DNA of 64,000 nt from Spirochaetota bacterium. GTDB lineage: Bacteria > Spirochaetota > UBA4802 > JAFGDQ01. Positions 41,117 through 51,337 of this stretch are shown here, one piece after another. Every line of letters begins with the position of its first letter. The stretch's first letter is position 1. The translations under genes were made by a program, and so were the position numbers. The notes under the pieces are model-generated. The model searched no databases, had not been told where the DNA came from, and saw only the letters and a program-made list of their open reading frames with translations. Where the stretch lies: positions 128,001 through 192,000 of the forward strand of contig JAZDKB010000004.1 of assembly GCA_043803405.1 (NCBI GenBank), given 5' to 3'.

Positions 41117-42697
41117 ATGCCTGCATCTCATCAAATATTGCTTGTAGAAGACACGAATACTACTGCAGCATTAATCTCGAAAATCCTGCAGGAAAATGAT
41201 TTTAAAGTGATCGATACAGTGAACAACGGAGAAGATGCCATAGTTGCTGCCAGGGAGAAAATGCCGGATCTTATTATCATGGATATATATTTAAAAGGCA
41301 AAATGGACGGGATTGAAGCTGCAAAGAAGATAAATTCCGAAATGGATATGCCGATCATTTTCTTAACCGGCAGCGACAATTTAAATAATTTCGATAGAAT
41401 TGCCGAAGCATCGCCTTATGGTTACCTGACCAAACCGTTTAAAAGCAGCGATTTGATATATTCAATAAAGACATCGCTTTACAAACATGAACTCACACTT
41501 AAACTTGAAGAGAACAAAGAATATCTGAATGCCCTTCTTTCTTCACTCGTAACCATATTGATCGGAATATCCGGGAACGACTCAATTATTTACTGGAACA
41601 ACATAGCAGAGGATACATTCGGCGTGCCGGCTTCCAAAATGATAGGCCTGCAGCTTATGGAAAGCGGCATTAAGTGGGACTGGATCAGGGTATACGAAGG
41701 GATTTCCCGGAGCATTACAGAAGAGAAACCGGTCAGACTTGACGACCTGCGATTTACTAATCCTGGAAGTTCCGAAGGATTTCTGGATATAAGCATAAAC
41801 GCGGTTAAAAATAAAAAGAATAAATTAACGGGATTCATACTCACTGGCGAGGATATTACAAAGAGAAAACAGCTGGAGCTTCAGCTGGTGCAAACACAAA
41901 AACTGGAATCAGTAGGCCGTTTGTCGGCAGGTATAGCGCATGAGATTAATACTCCGACTCAATACATTACCGATAATACATATTTTTTAAAGGATGCATT
42001 TTCCAGTTTAGTCCCTATACTGCATAACATCAGGGAATTAATTCAATCCGGAGAAAATGCTTCCGCCTCATTTCTTAAAAATATTGAAAAGATGGTGTTA
42101 AACAGCGACCTGAATTATCTAACGGAAGAAATCCCGAAAGCAATTGACCAGTCGATTGAAGGTCTCGGCAGGGTAGCTAAAATAGTCCAGTCGATGAAAA
42201 GCTTCAGCCATCCGGGCACAGATTCAAAAGTCCCAATTAGTATTAATAATACTATCGATAATATTATAACTATTTCGCGCAATGAGTGGAAGTATGCTGC
42301 CGACATTACAACACATTTTAACGAAAGTCTGCCCAGCGTCCTGTGCTATCCGGGTAAGTTCAACCAGGTTCTGCTTAATATTATAATCAATGCCGCGGAT
42401 GCAATTAAGGAAAAGCTCGGCCCTAATCCTGTTAAAAAAGGCCTTATCGACATAATAACGTTTATGGAAAACGACAATGTTGTGATTAGAATAAAGGATA
42501 CGGGCACAGGCATTCCGGATAAAATTAAGGGAAAAATATTCGATCCGTTCTTTACTACTAAAGACGTAGGTAAAGGAACAGGGCAGGGCCTTTCCATAGC
42601 TTATGATATTATAGTAAATGACCATAAAGGAGAAATAAGTTGCGAGAGCGAACCTGGAACCGGCACGACATTTATAATAAAAATACCCGTGAAATAA
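41117..42697 (+). CDS. Soluble hybrid histidine kinase (REC-PAS-HisKA-HATPase)
   Basis: LLVED/IMDI/KP receiver; AHEINTP; DPFFTTK, GTGQGL. Confidence 0.93.
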   Translation: MPASHQILLVEDTNTTAALISKILQENDFKVIDTVNNGEDAIVAAREKMPDLIIMDIYLKGKMDGIEAAKKINSEMDMPIIFLTGSDNLNNFDRIAEASPYGYLTKPFKSSDLIYSIKTSLYKHELTLKLEENKEYLNALLSSLVTILIGISGNDSIIYWNNIAEDTFGVPASKMIGLQLMESGIKWDWIRVYEGISRSITEEKPVRLDDLRFTNPGSSEGFLDISINAVKNKKNKLTGFILTGEDITKRKQLELQLVQTQKLESVGRLSAGIAHEINTPTQYITDNTYFLKDAFSSLVPILHNIRELIQSGENASASFLKNIEKMVLNSDLNYLTEEIPKAIDQSIEGLGRVAKIVQSMKSFSHPGTDSKVPISINNTIDNIITISRNEWKYAADITTHFNESLPSVLCYPGKFNQVLLNIIINAADAIKEKLGPNPVKKGLIDIITFMENDNVVIRIKDTGTGIPDKIKGKIFDPFFTTKDVGKGTGQGLSIAYDIIVNDHKGEISCESEPGTGTTFIIKIPVK

Positions 42698-42719
42698 ATT
42701 ATAAAGGGAGCTTATTTAA

Positions 42720-43082
42720 ATGATTAGAATACTGTTTGTTGACGATGAAAATAATCTGCTGGAAGGGTTAAAAAGAATGCTCAGAAAAAAAAAGGATGAA
42801 TGGGAGATGGAATTTGCAAACAGCGGGGCAAGCGCTCTTGAGCTTCTGGAGAAAGGCAAATTTAATATAATTGTTACCGATTATAAAATGCCGGGAATGG
42901 ACGGGTTGGAGCTATTGGCCCGGGTCAAAGAAAAGTTCGGGGAAACAAAACGTATAATATTAAGCGGCCAGTCCGAAGCGGAGATATTCAACAGGTCCAA
43001 GGAGGTCGCACAGTTTTACCTGGCAAAACCATGCGACCCGGAACAAATAATATCCGTAATTGAGCAGTGCTCAAAAAACTGA
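42720..43082 (+). CDS. Single-domain response regulator
   Basis: FVDDE, TDYKMPGMDG, LSG, KP. Confidence 0.93.
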   Translation: MIRILFVDDENNLLEGLKRMLRKKKDEWEMEFANSGASALELLEKGKFNIIVTDYKMPGMDGLELLARVKEKFGETKRIILSGQSEAEIFNRSKEVAQFYLAKPCDPEQIISVIEQCSKN

Positions 43083-43135
43083 CATGGGATCATGTCGGGG
43101 TACAGAAGAAAATGATATTTTGCTGGGGTTAGTCA

Positions 43136-44389
43136 ATGTCATCGGAGACAAAAATAATTATAAAAATTTTAATTATTGATGATTCAGCCGCTGTTGTTAA
43201 ATTCATTGAGGCGCTTTTATCCGAATCTCAAATTGTTGACTATGTATCGGAACACGCGGATTCCCTGGATGCAGCATTTAAAAAATTAAGCAGTTTCAAA
43301 TGTGATAACATACTTCTGGATCTGAATATTAAAGACTCATCGGGTCTTGATACGCTTGAGAAAGTTAAACGGAAGTATCCGGATTTGCCGGTTATCGTAA
43401 TGACAGGTGAATATAGCGATGACATAGGCCTTAAAGCCGTAGCGCTGGGTGCCCAGGATTTTTTGTTGAAAAATAAACTTGATTATTACTCCCTTAATAA
43501 AGCTATACATTATGCTATTGAAAGAAAAAAAGCGGACGAAGAAAAGCACAAACTTGAAAAACAGCTGCAGCAGTCCAGGACGCTTGAATCGATCGGTACG
43601 CTTGCGTCGGGCATTGCGCACGAGATAAACACTCCTATGCAGTATATACAGGACAATACAATGTTTTTCAGTGAAGGAGTTATAAATCTCTTTGAAATAA
43701 TAAATGTTTATTCTGAAATCGTTGCACAGTATTGTAATGATGAGACAATGAGTATTGCCCGGGAAAAAATAAATAAGGCATTGGGGAACACGGACATAGA
43801 ATATCTGAGAAAAGAGATCCCGTCTGCGATTTCCCAGTCGCTCGATGGCATCGGACGGGTTAAAAACATTATAAACGCGATGAAATATTTTTCACATGCG
43901 GACAGCGATGAAATGCAGAAGGGAGACATAAATAAAGCGATTGAAAATACAGTTATGGTTTCGAAAAACAGGTGGAAATACGTCGCTGAAATTAAAACCG
44001 ATCTTGATCCGTCGATTCCGGAAATCAAATGTTTTATGGGCAGAATTAACCAGGTGATAATGAATCTGATCCTGAACGCGGCAGATGCTATTTCCGAGGT
44101 TGTCAAGGATAATCCTGATAAAAAAGGTCTTATCCAAATATCCTCAAAAAAAGAAAATAATTCAATTGTAATTACTATCAGAGACACGGGCTGCGGCATA
44201 GCGGATAATAATAAGGATAGAATATTCGATCCTTTTTTTACAACAAAGGACGTGGGCAAGGGAACAGGGCAGGGGCTTTCTATAGTATACGATATTATTG
44301 TGAATCAGCATAAGGGAAGCATTGATGTAGAGTCGGCAGCCGGAAAAGGGTCGGCATTTACAATCCGCCTGCCGACTAATCTTGATTAA
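43136..44389 (+). CDS. Soluble hybrid histidine kinase (REC-HisKA-HATPase)
   Basis: IIDDS/LLDL receiver; AHEINTP; GTGQGL. Confidence 0.93.
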   Translation: MSSETKIIIKILIIDDSAAVVKFIEALLSESQIVDYVSEHADSLDAAFKKLSSFKCDNILLDLNIKDSSGLDTLEKVKRKYPDLPVIVMTGEYSDDIGLKAVALGAQDFLLKNKLDYYSLNKAIHYAIERKKADEEKHKLEKQLQQSRTLESIGTLASGIAHEINTPMQYIQDNTMFFSEGVINLFEIINVYSEIVAQYCNDETMSIAREKINKALGNTDIEYLRKEIPSAISQSLDGIGRVKNIINAMKYFSHADSDEMQKGDINKAIENTVMVSKNRWKYVAEIKTDLDPSIPEIKCFMGRINQVIMNLILNAADAISEVVKDNPDKKGLIQISSKKENNSIVITIRDTGCGIADNNKDRIFDPFFTTKDVGKGTGQGLSIVYDIIVNQHKGSIDVESAAGKGSAFTIRLPTNLD

Positions 44390-44466
44390 AATAACAATAT
44401 TGGCTATAATATTATTTTATAAAAATATATTCAATAAAATATATTAATACCGTGGAAAAAATAATT

Positions 44467-45621
44467 ATGGAACAGAAAATACTGTTTGTTGACGATGATA
44501 CAAATATTTTATCTTCTTTTAAAAGACAGTTCCATGGGATTTATAATATCCTGACTGCCGGGAAAGGATCCGAAGGCCTTGAAATAATCGAAAGAGAGCA
44601 CCCTGTAGCTGTTGTTGTTTCCGATTACCGCATGCCTGAAATGAACGGAGTAGAATTTTTAAGCAAAGTGCGTGAATTGTCTCCGGATACGGTACGTTTC
44701 ATGTTAACAGGCCAGGCGGATATGGAAGCTGCAATAAAAGTAATTAACGAAGGCCAGATATTCCGTTTTTTAACCAAGCCGTGCCTGCCGGATTTAATGA
44801 AGAAAAACATTGAAGATGGAATTGCACAGTATAATTTAATCGTATCCGAGAAAGTCCTTCTTGAGAAAACGCTTAGCGGCGCCATAAAGGTATTAACCGA
44901 CATACTCGCCCTGGTGAGCCCGCAGGCTTTCAGCAGGGCGGCGAGAGTAAGGCGGATTGTGCAGGAGTTCATCGATAAAATGCAGTTAAAGAATTCCTGG
45001 CAGCTTGAAATAGCCGCAATGCTTTCACAGATCGGATGCGTTACAGTCCCCGATTTTATTATATCCAAAGTCTATAACAATAAAGATTTATTACCGAATG
45101 AATATCCCATGTTTCAGAATCATCCCAAAATCGGCAGCGAAATGCTGGCCAACATCCCGAGACTCAGAACAGTTGCCAGGGTAATCGAGTATCAGGAAAA
45201 GCTTTATAACGGCTCGGGCGTGCCAAAGGATGATTTATCCGGCGATAAGATCCCGCTTGGAGCCAGAATATTAAAAATAGCCCTTGACTTTGACTCGTTT
45301 TTACAATCAGGTGCCAACAGGGAAAATATCATGGAAGTACTGAACCAAAGAACGAAGCTCGGATGGTATGATGAAAAGCTTATAAAAATACTGGAAAAAC
45401 CTGTTGTGAAAAGAAAGAAATTTGTTTCTGCTGAAGTATCAATAAATAAATTAAATGAGTCAATGATACTTGCAGAAGATTTATATAATAAAAAATACAC
45501 AATACTGCTGGGCAGCAAGGGACAGGAGATAACAAAATCTTTTATTTACAGGCTTATTAACGTACACAAAAATGAAGGCATACGCCTGCCGATAAAAGTT
45601 GTTTATCCGTTGGATGAGTAA
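44467..45621 (+). CDS. Response regulator with degenerate HD-GYP-like domain
   Basis: REC (FVDDD, SDYRMP, KP); LSQIG and YQEKLYNGSGVP in place of LHDIG and HHE..DG.GYP. Confidence 0.85.
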   Translation: MEQKILFVDDDTNILSSFKRQFHGIYNILTAGKGSEGLEIIEREHPVAVVVSDYRMPEMNGVEFLSKVRELSPDTVRFMLTGQADMEAAIKVINEGQIFRFLTKPCLPDLMKKNIEDGIAQYNLIVSEKVLLEKTLSGAIKVLTDILALVSPQAFSRAARVRRIVQEFIDKMQLKNSWQLEIAAMLSQIGCVTVPDFIISKVYNNKDLLPNEYPMFQNHPKIGSEMLANIPRLRTVARVIEYQEKLYNGSGVPKDDLSGDKIPLGARILKIALDFDSFLQSGANRENIMEVLNQRTKLGWYDEKLIKILEKPVVKRKKFVSAEVSINKLNESMILAEDLYNKKYTILLGSKGQEITKSFIYRLINVHKNEGIRLPIKVVYPLDE

Positions 45622-45658
45622 AACATAGATAGTTATCGGTAATTAAAATTTTAACATT

Positions 45659-47119
45659 ATGGATCATTCACATAAGGCAAATCCTGATTCTGCTTATTCT
45701 GCACGCAAGAAGAATCAGATAATCGAAGAAAAATTTCTATTGCGTAAAGCAATTTACGAAATGGATGAATTGTCTTATGAAAAAGGAACAAGATCGGGCG
45801 ATTACATAATAAGAAGAATAATTCAGGAAATCAATGAAGAGCTTAAACTGTTCGACAGCCATGTAAAGACATGCGAAATCGACATAAAAAGTAATTCTTC
45901 TTCCCTTAAGGAGACTTTATTATTTTTTGAGAACAGATATCTGTATACGTTTCTCCTTCAGGAGAAAATTAATTCATTAAAACAGGAGTTAATCAATCAG
46001 CAGAACGAAAAAAATAACCAGAATGATATTGAGAATAAAGAAAAAAATTATGCAAGAAATATAAATAGCCCTTTCAGGAAAGATTTTAAAAAAGATCTGA
46101 TAAACTTCGAGAATGCACTGTTGAATAATTTAGTTCCAAACCTGTCCGGGTTTCTCACAGATCTTAACGATTTTCTCTTCTATACTGCAGCGAATGAAAT
46201 TGTGGATGAACTGGCGGAAGAAAATATTTTTGAAGATACGGATAATAAATTAAAACAAACTATCGTTTTTTACATCGGCATTCTAAGTAAATTAGAAAGG
46301 AAACAGTTTTCCCGCGAAGAAGCACAGTCATTCGCATATTCAATACTGTTAAAAACAGAGATAAAAGCGCGTCTTCTTAAGTTCGGGAATATTAATGAAG
46401 ACGAATTGGAAAAAATCGTTAAAAGCTCCGTGGAATATTATTTTCGGAATTTATCAACTCCGGTTCCTTCCGAACAGCAGCAATTAAAAACGCAGAAAAT
46501 AAGGGATGAAAGTATTTCGGATGAGGAAGGAGAGAATAGTATGGATATTGCGTTAAAAAATCTAAAGTATTTAGCTGATTATAAAGACGAAATTTTAGAA
46601 TTCGGCAATCGGTTTGCTGAGAATATTCCTGTAAATCGTCCGAAAAGATATTTATATTACTCGTCAGATCCAAAAAAGATATTATTAAAAGAAATTGCAG
46701 ATTATTTGAAAGATTCTCTTATTTTTATTAATGAATGGTTTTCAATCGAGTTGAAAAAAAACAAGGATTCCTTTGGCATGTTGAATTCAATTGCCGAATG
46801 CCTGCCTATGGAAATAAAATTTTACGAATTGTTTGCTACTGCAAATGCAACAGGCTTGCAGGAAATTAACCATAGAAAAAATGTTTGGGGAGATTCTGAG
46901 CAGTTTATATCAAAAGAAACAGCTTATAATCTTATCGATGTTATTAAAACTTTATGTGCTGAATTAAAAGACGCATTTGTAAAAACCGTAATAAGTATTG
47001 AAATGGATAAGCCTGCCAGTTCCGGAATATTATTGAAAAAGATAAATATTATTTATGATTCTTTTGAAAATGCGTATAAAAAAATTATAAATGCCGTGCG
47101 CCAGATGGAAAAAAATTAG
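45659..47119 (+). CDS. Hypothetical helical protein
   Basis: 486-aa ORF with no recognised motif. Confidence 0.7.
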   Translation: MDHSHKANPDSAYSARKKNQIIEEKFLLRKAIYEMDELSYEKGTRSGDYIIRRIIQEINEELKLFDSHVKTCEIDIKSNSSSLKETLLFFENRYLYTFLLQEKINSLKQELINQQNEKNNQNDIENKEKNYARNINSPFRKDFKKDLINFENALLNNLVPNLSGFLTDLNDFLFYTAANEIVDELAEENIFEDTDNKLKQTIVFYIGILSKLERKQFSREEAQSFAYSILLKTEIKARLLKFGNINEDELEKIVKSSVEYYFRNLSTPVPSEQQQLKTQKIRDESISDEEGENSMDIALKNLKYLADYKDEILEFGNRFAENIPVNRPKRYLYYSSDPKKILLKEIADYLKDSLIFINEWFSIELKKNKDSFGMLNSIAECLPMEIKFYELFATANATGLQEINHRKNVWGDSEQFISKETAYNLIDVIKTLCAELKDAFVKTVISIEMDKPASSGILLKKINIIYDSFENAYKKIINAVRQMEKN

Positions 47120-47217
47120 ACTATTTTATTTAAATGTGTTTATTGAAAAGAGAGTTTAGGAGCTTCTTAATATTTATAACTTTCTTTCAGGGAATAATAT
47201 AGGGAAGCTATTAAAGA

Positions 47218-47976
47218 CTATGCGATAAGTTTCTCTTTTTTATCAAAGTAAAACCATCCTGCTAAGCCGCATATAACGAAAATTATGCCAATTACCTGAG
47301 CCTGCGAAAGAGCATCGAAAAATACCTGGGGATTTATTCTTATAAATTCCACGAGAAATCTCGGCAGCCCGCTTAAAATCAGAAAAGCTGAAAATAGCTT
47401 CCCTGTAGCTAGATTTTTTTTTCTCAAATTCAATAATATGCCTACTGCAATAAACGAGAAAAACACTTCGAACAATGGCGTAGGGTACACGGTAATTGAT
47501 GATGGTACCAGCCCGTTAGGGTATGGAGTAGCGAAGATACCGGCTGTCTCTTTGCCGAAGCAACCGTCGCCTGCTATGTGGCATCCGAAACGGCCGAAAC
47601 AATATCCGAGCGCCATTGATGGGGAAGATGCATCGAAAATATTCAGCACGCTTTCTTTGCTTTTCCTTATTACGAAGAAAGCGAGAAGAAATGATAGTAT
47701 ATATCCTCCGAAAGCGGATAAGCCTGCGCCCGAAAACAGCATTCCCAGCGGATCTGCAGCAAAGTCGTTCAGATGATCCAGTATGTGAAATATTTTTGAG
47801 CCTACTATTCCCCCGGGAATTGCAACAAGCAGAATCCTGTATGCCAGTTCCGGATTAATATTCCTCAGTTTATATTCTCTTTCAAGAAGCAGGAACGATA
47901 AATAAAATCCCAGTCCCAGCATTATGCCGTACCCGCCGATCGTTATAAATTTGTATTGAAATAGAACAGGGAACAT
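47218..47976 (-). CDS. lgt: Prolipoprotein diacylglyceryl transferase
   Basis: GRFGC..AGD..G, PTPLFE, RFLVEFIR. Confidence 0.9.
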   Translation of the reverse strand: MFPVLFQYKFITIGGYGIMLGLGFYLSFLLLEREYKLRNINPELAYRILLVAIPGGIVGSKIFHILDHLNDFAADPLGMLFSGAGLSAFGGYILSFLLAFFVIRKSKESVLNIFDASSPSMALGYCFGRFGCHIAGDGCFGKETAGIFATPYPNGLVPSSITVYPTPLFEVFFSFIAVGILLNLRKKNLATGKLFSAFLILSGLPRFLVEFIRINPQVFFDALSQAQVIGIIFVICGLAGWFYFDKKEKLIA

Positions 47977-48204
47977 TTTATTTGCTTTTCTCCGGGAGAG
48001 TTTAAAAAGTATTGAATTCTTATCTTGAAATTAAATATTGTCCCAAATAATTAATGTCAAGGACAATTTATGGGTATGAATTATGCTAATATTATCGAAA
48101 TATTATTGACATTATATACTGCAATATTTAATTTGTGACTCAATTGAAATTTTAATTATTTTTTGTTAAATAAATTATAAATTTAGTAAAATTGGAGTCC
48201 CCCA

Positions 48205-48990
48205 ATGAAAATAGTAGTTTGTATTAAACAAGTTCCAGATATGGAATCAAAATTTGTCGTTGCCAATAACAAGGTCGACGAATCGCAAATCGCATTCAAA
48301 ATGAACGATTTTGACGAATTTGCAGTAGAAGCGGCGCTGCAGCTTAAAGAAAAAGCGGGCGGCGAGGTTGTCATTGTATCAGTAGGCCCCGAAAGAATAG
48401 TAAAAGACATCAGACAGGCTTTTGCAATGGGAGCCGACTGGGGCGTTCATGTTAATGATCCGCAGATTGATGCAGGCGACAGTTTTGTTGTAGCTTCGGC
48501 TATTCAGAAAACAGTCGCAAAAATAGGCGGAGCGGATTTAATCCTGACCGGCGTTATGAGCAATGATAATCAAAACGCGCTGACAGGCGTAATGGTTGCG
48601 GATATGCTTAATATGCCTCATTGCACCAACATTGTTAAGCTTGTATTAGGAGGAGATTCAAAATCGATTACCGTAAACAGAGAACTCGAAGGCGGGTTGA
48701 ATGAAGTAGTTGAAATGCCTCTCCCCGCAGTATTGTCAATTCAGTCCGGTATTAACCAGCCGAGATATCCCACACTGCCTGGCATCATGAAAGCCAAGAA
48801 AAAGAAGCTTGATGTAATGAAAGCTTCGGATATAGGCCTTGCGGAACTTGGAGCAGCAGGATCAAAAACCGAAATGGTAAAAATGTTTATACCGGTTTCT
48901 GAGCATAAAGCGGAGATACTGAAGGGTGATGCTAAAACAGCAGCAGCTGCTCTTGTAAATAAACTGAAAAATGAAGCTAAGGTAATATAG
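48205..48990 (+). CDS. etfB: Electron transfer flavoprotein beta subunit
   Basis: CIKQVPD, MGAD, NQPRYP. Confidence 0.95.
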   Translation: MKIVVCIKQVPDMESKFVVANNKVDESQIAFKMNDFDEFAVEAALQLKEKAGGEVVIVSVGPERIVKDIRQAFAMGADWGVHVNDPQIDAGDSFVVASAIQKTVAKIGGADLILTGVMSNDNQNALTGVMVADMLNMPHCTNIVKLVLGGDSKSITVNRELEGGLNEVVEMPLPAVLSIQSGINQPRYPTLPGIMKAKKKKLDVMKASDIGLAELGAAGSKTEMVKMFIPVSEHKAEILKGDAKTAAAALVNKLKNEAKVI

Positions 48991-49001
48991 GAGGACCGAC
49001 A

Positions 49002-49958
49002 ATGTCAAAAATATTAATTATAGCAGAGCATAGAAAAGGTAAATTAAGCGACGGAACTCTTGAGCTGTGCAAAGTGGCAAAACAGATAGCCGCAGCAACC
49101 GGCAATACGGCAGCAGCTGCAGTATTTGCAAAAGACGACAGCATCGCAAAAGAACTTTCAAAGTATATACCCGAAGTTTTATCGGCAGTAGATGCGAACT
49201 TCGAGTTTTATACAGCAGATACATATACCCAGGCAATTAAATCGGTTGCAGAGGGCAATGATGTTAAGGGCGTTGTTATTTCTCACAGCTATGACGGCGT
49301 TGATTTTGCAGGCAAAGTTGCAATGGCTCTCGGAGTTGGTATTGTATCAGGATGCAACAAAGTTGAAGCAGCCGGCGGCAAGCTTGTTTTAACAAGAAAC
49401 ATTTATAACGGCAAACTTCAGGAACAAAGATCAATTAAAACAGATAAATTCGTTATAACAATTGAAAAAGGCGCATGGGATAAGGAAGCAGCAGGAGCAG
49501 AAGGCGCTGTTAAACCGGTATCTGTTACAGTTGGCGCTTCCAGAACAAAAGTTAAAGAACTTGTTGAAACAACAAAGGGTTCTGTTGATATATCTCAGGC
49601 AAAAATAATAGTATCGGGCGGTAGAGGAACAAAAGACGCCGACAAGTACAAAGCTACGGTAGTGGCTCTGGCTCAGAAGCTTAAAGGCGAATACGGCGCA
49701 TCGAGAGCAGCAGTAGATGCAGGCTGGACAGACCATGCCCGTCAGGTAGGACAATCAGGGAAAACAGTTGCTCCTGACCTGTATTTGGCGCTGGGAATAT
49801 CCGGTGCGATTCAGCACGTTGCAGGCATGAAAAGCTCTAAATGCATAGTAGCTGTAAATAAGGATCCCGAAGCTCCTATATTTAATATTGCTACATACGG
49901 AATAGTGGGAGATCTTTTTGAAGTTGTTCCGGCTATGATAGAAGAATTGAATAAATAA
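49002..49958 (+). CDS. etfA: Electron transfer flavoprotein alpha subunit
   Basis: SGGRG, GASRAAVD, QVGQSGK, GISGAIQH. Confidence 0.95.
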   Translation: MSKILIIAEHRKGKLSDGTLELCKVAKQIAAATGNTAAAAVFAKDDSIAKELSKYIPEVLSAVDANFEFYTADTYTQAIKSVAEGNDVKGVVISHSYDGVDFAGKVAMALGVGIVSGCNKVEAAGGKLVLTRNIYNGKLQEQRSIKTDKFVITIEKGAWDKEAAGAEGAVKPVSVTVGASRTKVKELVETTKGSVDISQAKIIVSGGRGTKDADKYKATVVALAQKLKGEYGASRAAVDAGWTDHARQVGQSGKTVAPDLYLALGISGAIQHVAGMKSSKCIVAVNKDPEAPIFNIATYGIVGDLFEVVPAMIEELNK

Positions 49959-49989
49959 GTAAATATAAATCATTAAACGAAGGCTTTTA

Positions 49990-50030
49990 AAAACGATGGG
50001 TTGCGTAACGCACCCATCGTTTTATGTTTT
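49990..50030 (+). terminator. Intrinsic terminator after etfA
   Basis: AAAACGATGGG...CCCATCGTTTT hairpin followed by a T-rich tract. Confidence 0.7.
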
Positions 50031-50036
50031 TGCCTG

Positions 50037-50263
50037 TTAGCCGGTAAACTGCCACATTGAAAATAGTGAATGAATTGATATTTTATAATTGAATTCCATA
50101 TCAAAATTTTTTGCGGAATCAGGCCTTTCTATGCAGCTTTTTTGTGTTTTAAAAGGCTTTTGCTTTAGGCCTGAAAGGCGTCCTCAAAAATTTTGATATG
50201 GAATTCAATTATTGACACTATTAACTACTAAAGCCAAATGTGATGCTGTAGTAGCCCGGTTAA
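50037..50263. other. Long rod-like palindromic element, copy A (structured RNA or MITE candidate)
   Basis: 27-bp perfect inverted repeat 50085-50111/50186-50212 around TGCGGAA...GTCCTC; imperfect outer pairing. Confidence 0.65.
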
Positions 50264-50280
50264 TGCCTGGTAATATGATT

Positions 50281-50985
50281 TTAGAAAGTGCAAAGCATAA
50301 ATCCTGCGCGGGCTGTGGCATTGTAAAGATGGTATTGGGCGTCTTCTTCACTATCCGAGATGAGATTGGTAAAATGATATTCACCGACACACGATATAAA
50401 AAAACGCGTAAATTTTGTTATCCTGAATAATATTTCAATTCCGCCTCCGGCACCAACCTGACAGTACCCAAGATGTTTTTGTATGTTTTCACTGCTTTGA
50501 TTATTGGTTTCTTTCATATATGATTCCGCAATATATGAAAGATTTATCCCGGTAAGTAAGTTTAAAATCACAGCTCCGGAACCGAATGAAGTAATCAGAT
50601 AAAAAGGAACTGTAAATATATTTGATTTGATTTTATGGTCAGTGGGAGAATCTGTCTTTTCCTCGGAAAATTTTGCTTCTAAATTAAAATGCGAAAACCA
50701 GATACCTGAATGCAGGCCGAAAGTGCCCGTAAACATCCTCTCATACACTAATCCGCCGCCGTATCCGAAACCATGACCCCAATTCATGTGTTCTTCGCCA
50801 ACAGCATTGACGTCATAGTATCCGAATAAGCCGCCTGCTCCGATCCGTACTTTAGGCGTATCGGTTTCGCTTTCCAGCGCACAGGAGTTACTCGGAGTGT
50901 ACAGCAATGCTGTAATAAGAGAAAATGCAGCTATTGAATATTTTATAAATAATTTCGATTTATTTAAAAAATCACTATGATTCAT
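50281..50985 (-). CDS. Outer-membrane beta-barrel (PorT-like) protein
   Basis: Signal peptide, amphipathic beta strands, C-terminal Phe. Confidence 0.7.
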   Translation of the reverse strand: MNHSDFLNKSKLFIKYSIAAFSLITALLYTPSNSCALESETDTPKVRIGAGGLFGYYDVNAVGEEHMNWGHGFGYGGGLVYERMFTGTFGLHSGIWFSHFNLEAKFSEEKTDSPTDHKIKSNIFTVPFYLITSFGSGAVILNLLTGINLSYIAESYMKETNNQSSENIQKHLGYCQVGAGGGIEILFRITKFTRFFISCVGEYHFTNLISDSEEDAQYHLYNATARAGFMLCTF

Positions 50986-51337
50986 TTTTTGTATTCATTA
51001 TACAGGTGCCGTTAAACTGGCAGCCTTTCTCTATATAGATATCCGGGGTTACTAGGTCGCAGTTGATCCGGCTATTGCTGAAAAGTTCAATGGATTTATC
51101 GGCCTTAATGCTGCCGGAAACATGGCCGTTTACGGATACTATACCTGCTTTTATTGATGAACTTATGTTCGCTTCCTGGCCAATAATTAAATGGCCGTCT
51201 GTTTCTATTTGACCTTCAAAAGTGCCTTTTATCTTTAATGAATTTTTAAATAGAATTTTACCTTTAAAATCTATATCATCTGCAATTACTGTATCGATCT
51301 TATTTTCATCTTCAACAATTTCATTGATTTCAGTCAT
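50975..51337 (-). CDS. Bactofilin (polymer-forming cytoskeletal protein)
   Basis: DTVI....FKG...LKIKG.FEG...IEKGCQFNGTC beta-helix repeats. Confidence 0.92.
   Translation of the reverse strand: MTEINEIVEDENKIDTVIADDIDFKGKILFKNSLKIKGTFEGQIETDGHLIIGQEANISSSIKAGIVSVNGHVSGSIKADKSIELFSNSRINCDLVTPDIYIEKGCQFNGTCIMNTKNES

Noticed and set aside
50036..50264. Integron attC site
   Set aside because: The GTTAGCC and GGTTAAT boxes are in the wrong order for RYYYAAC...GTTRRRY, the element is too long, and no integrase or cassette array is present.
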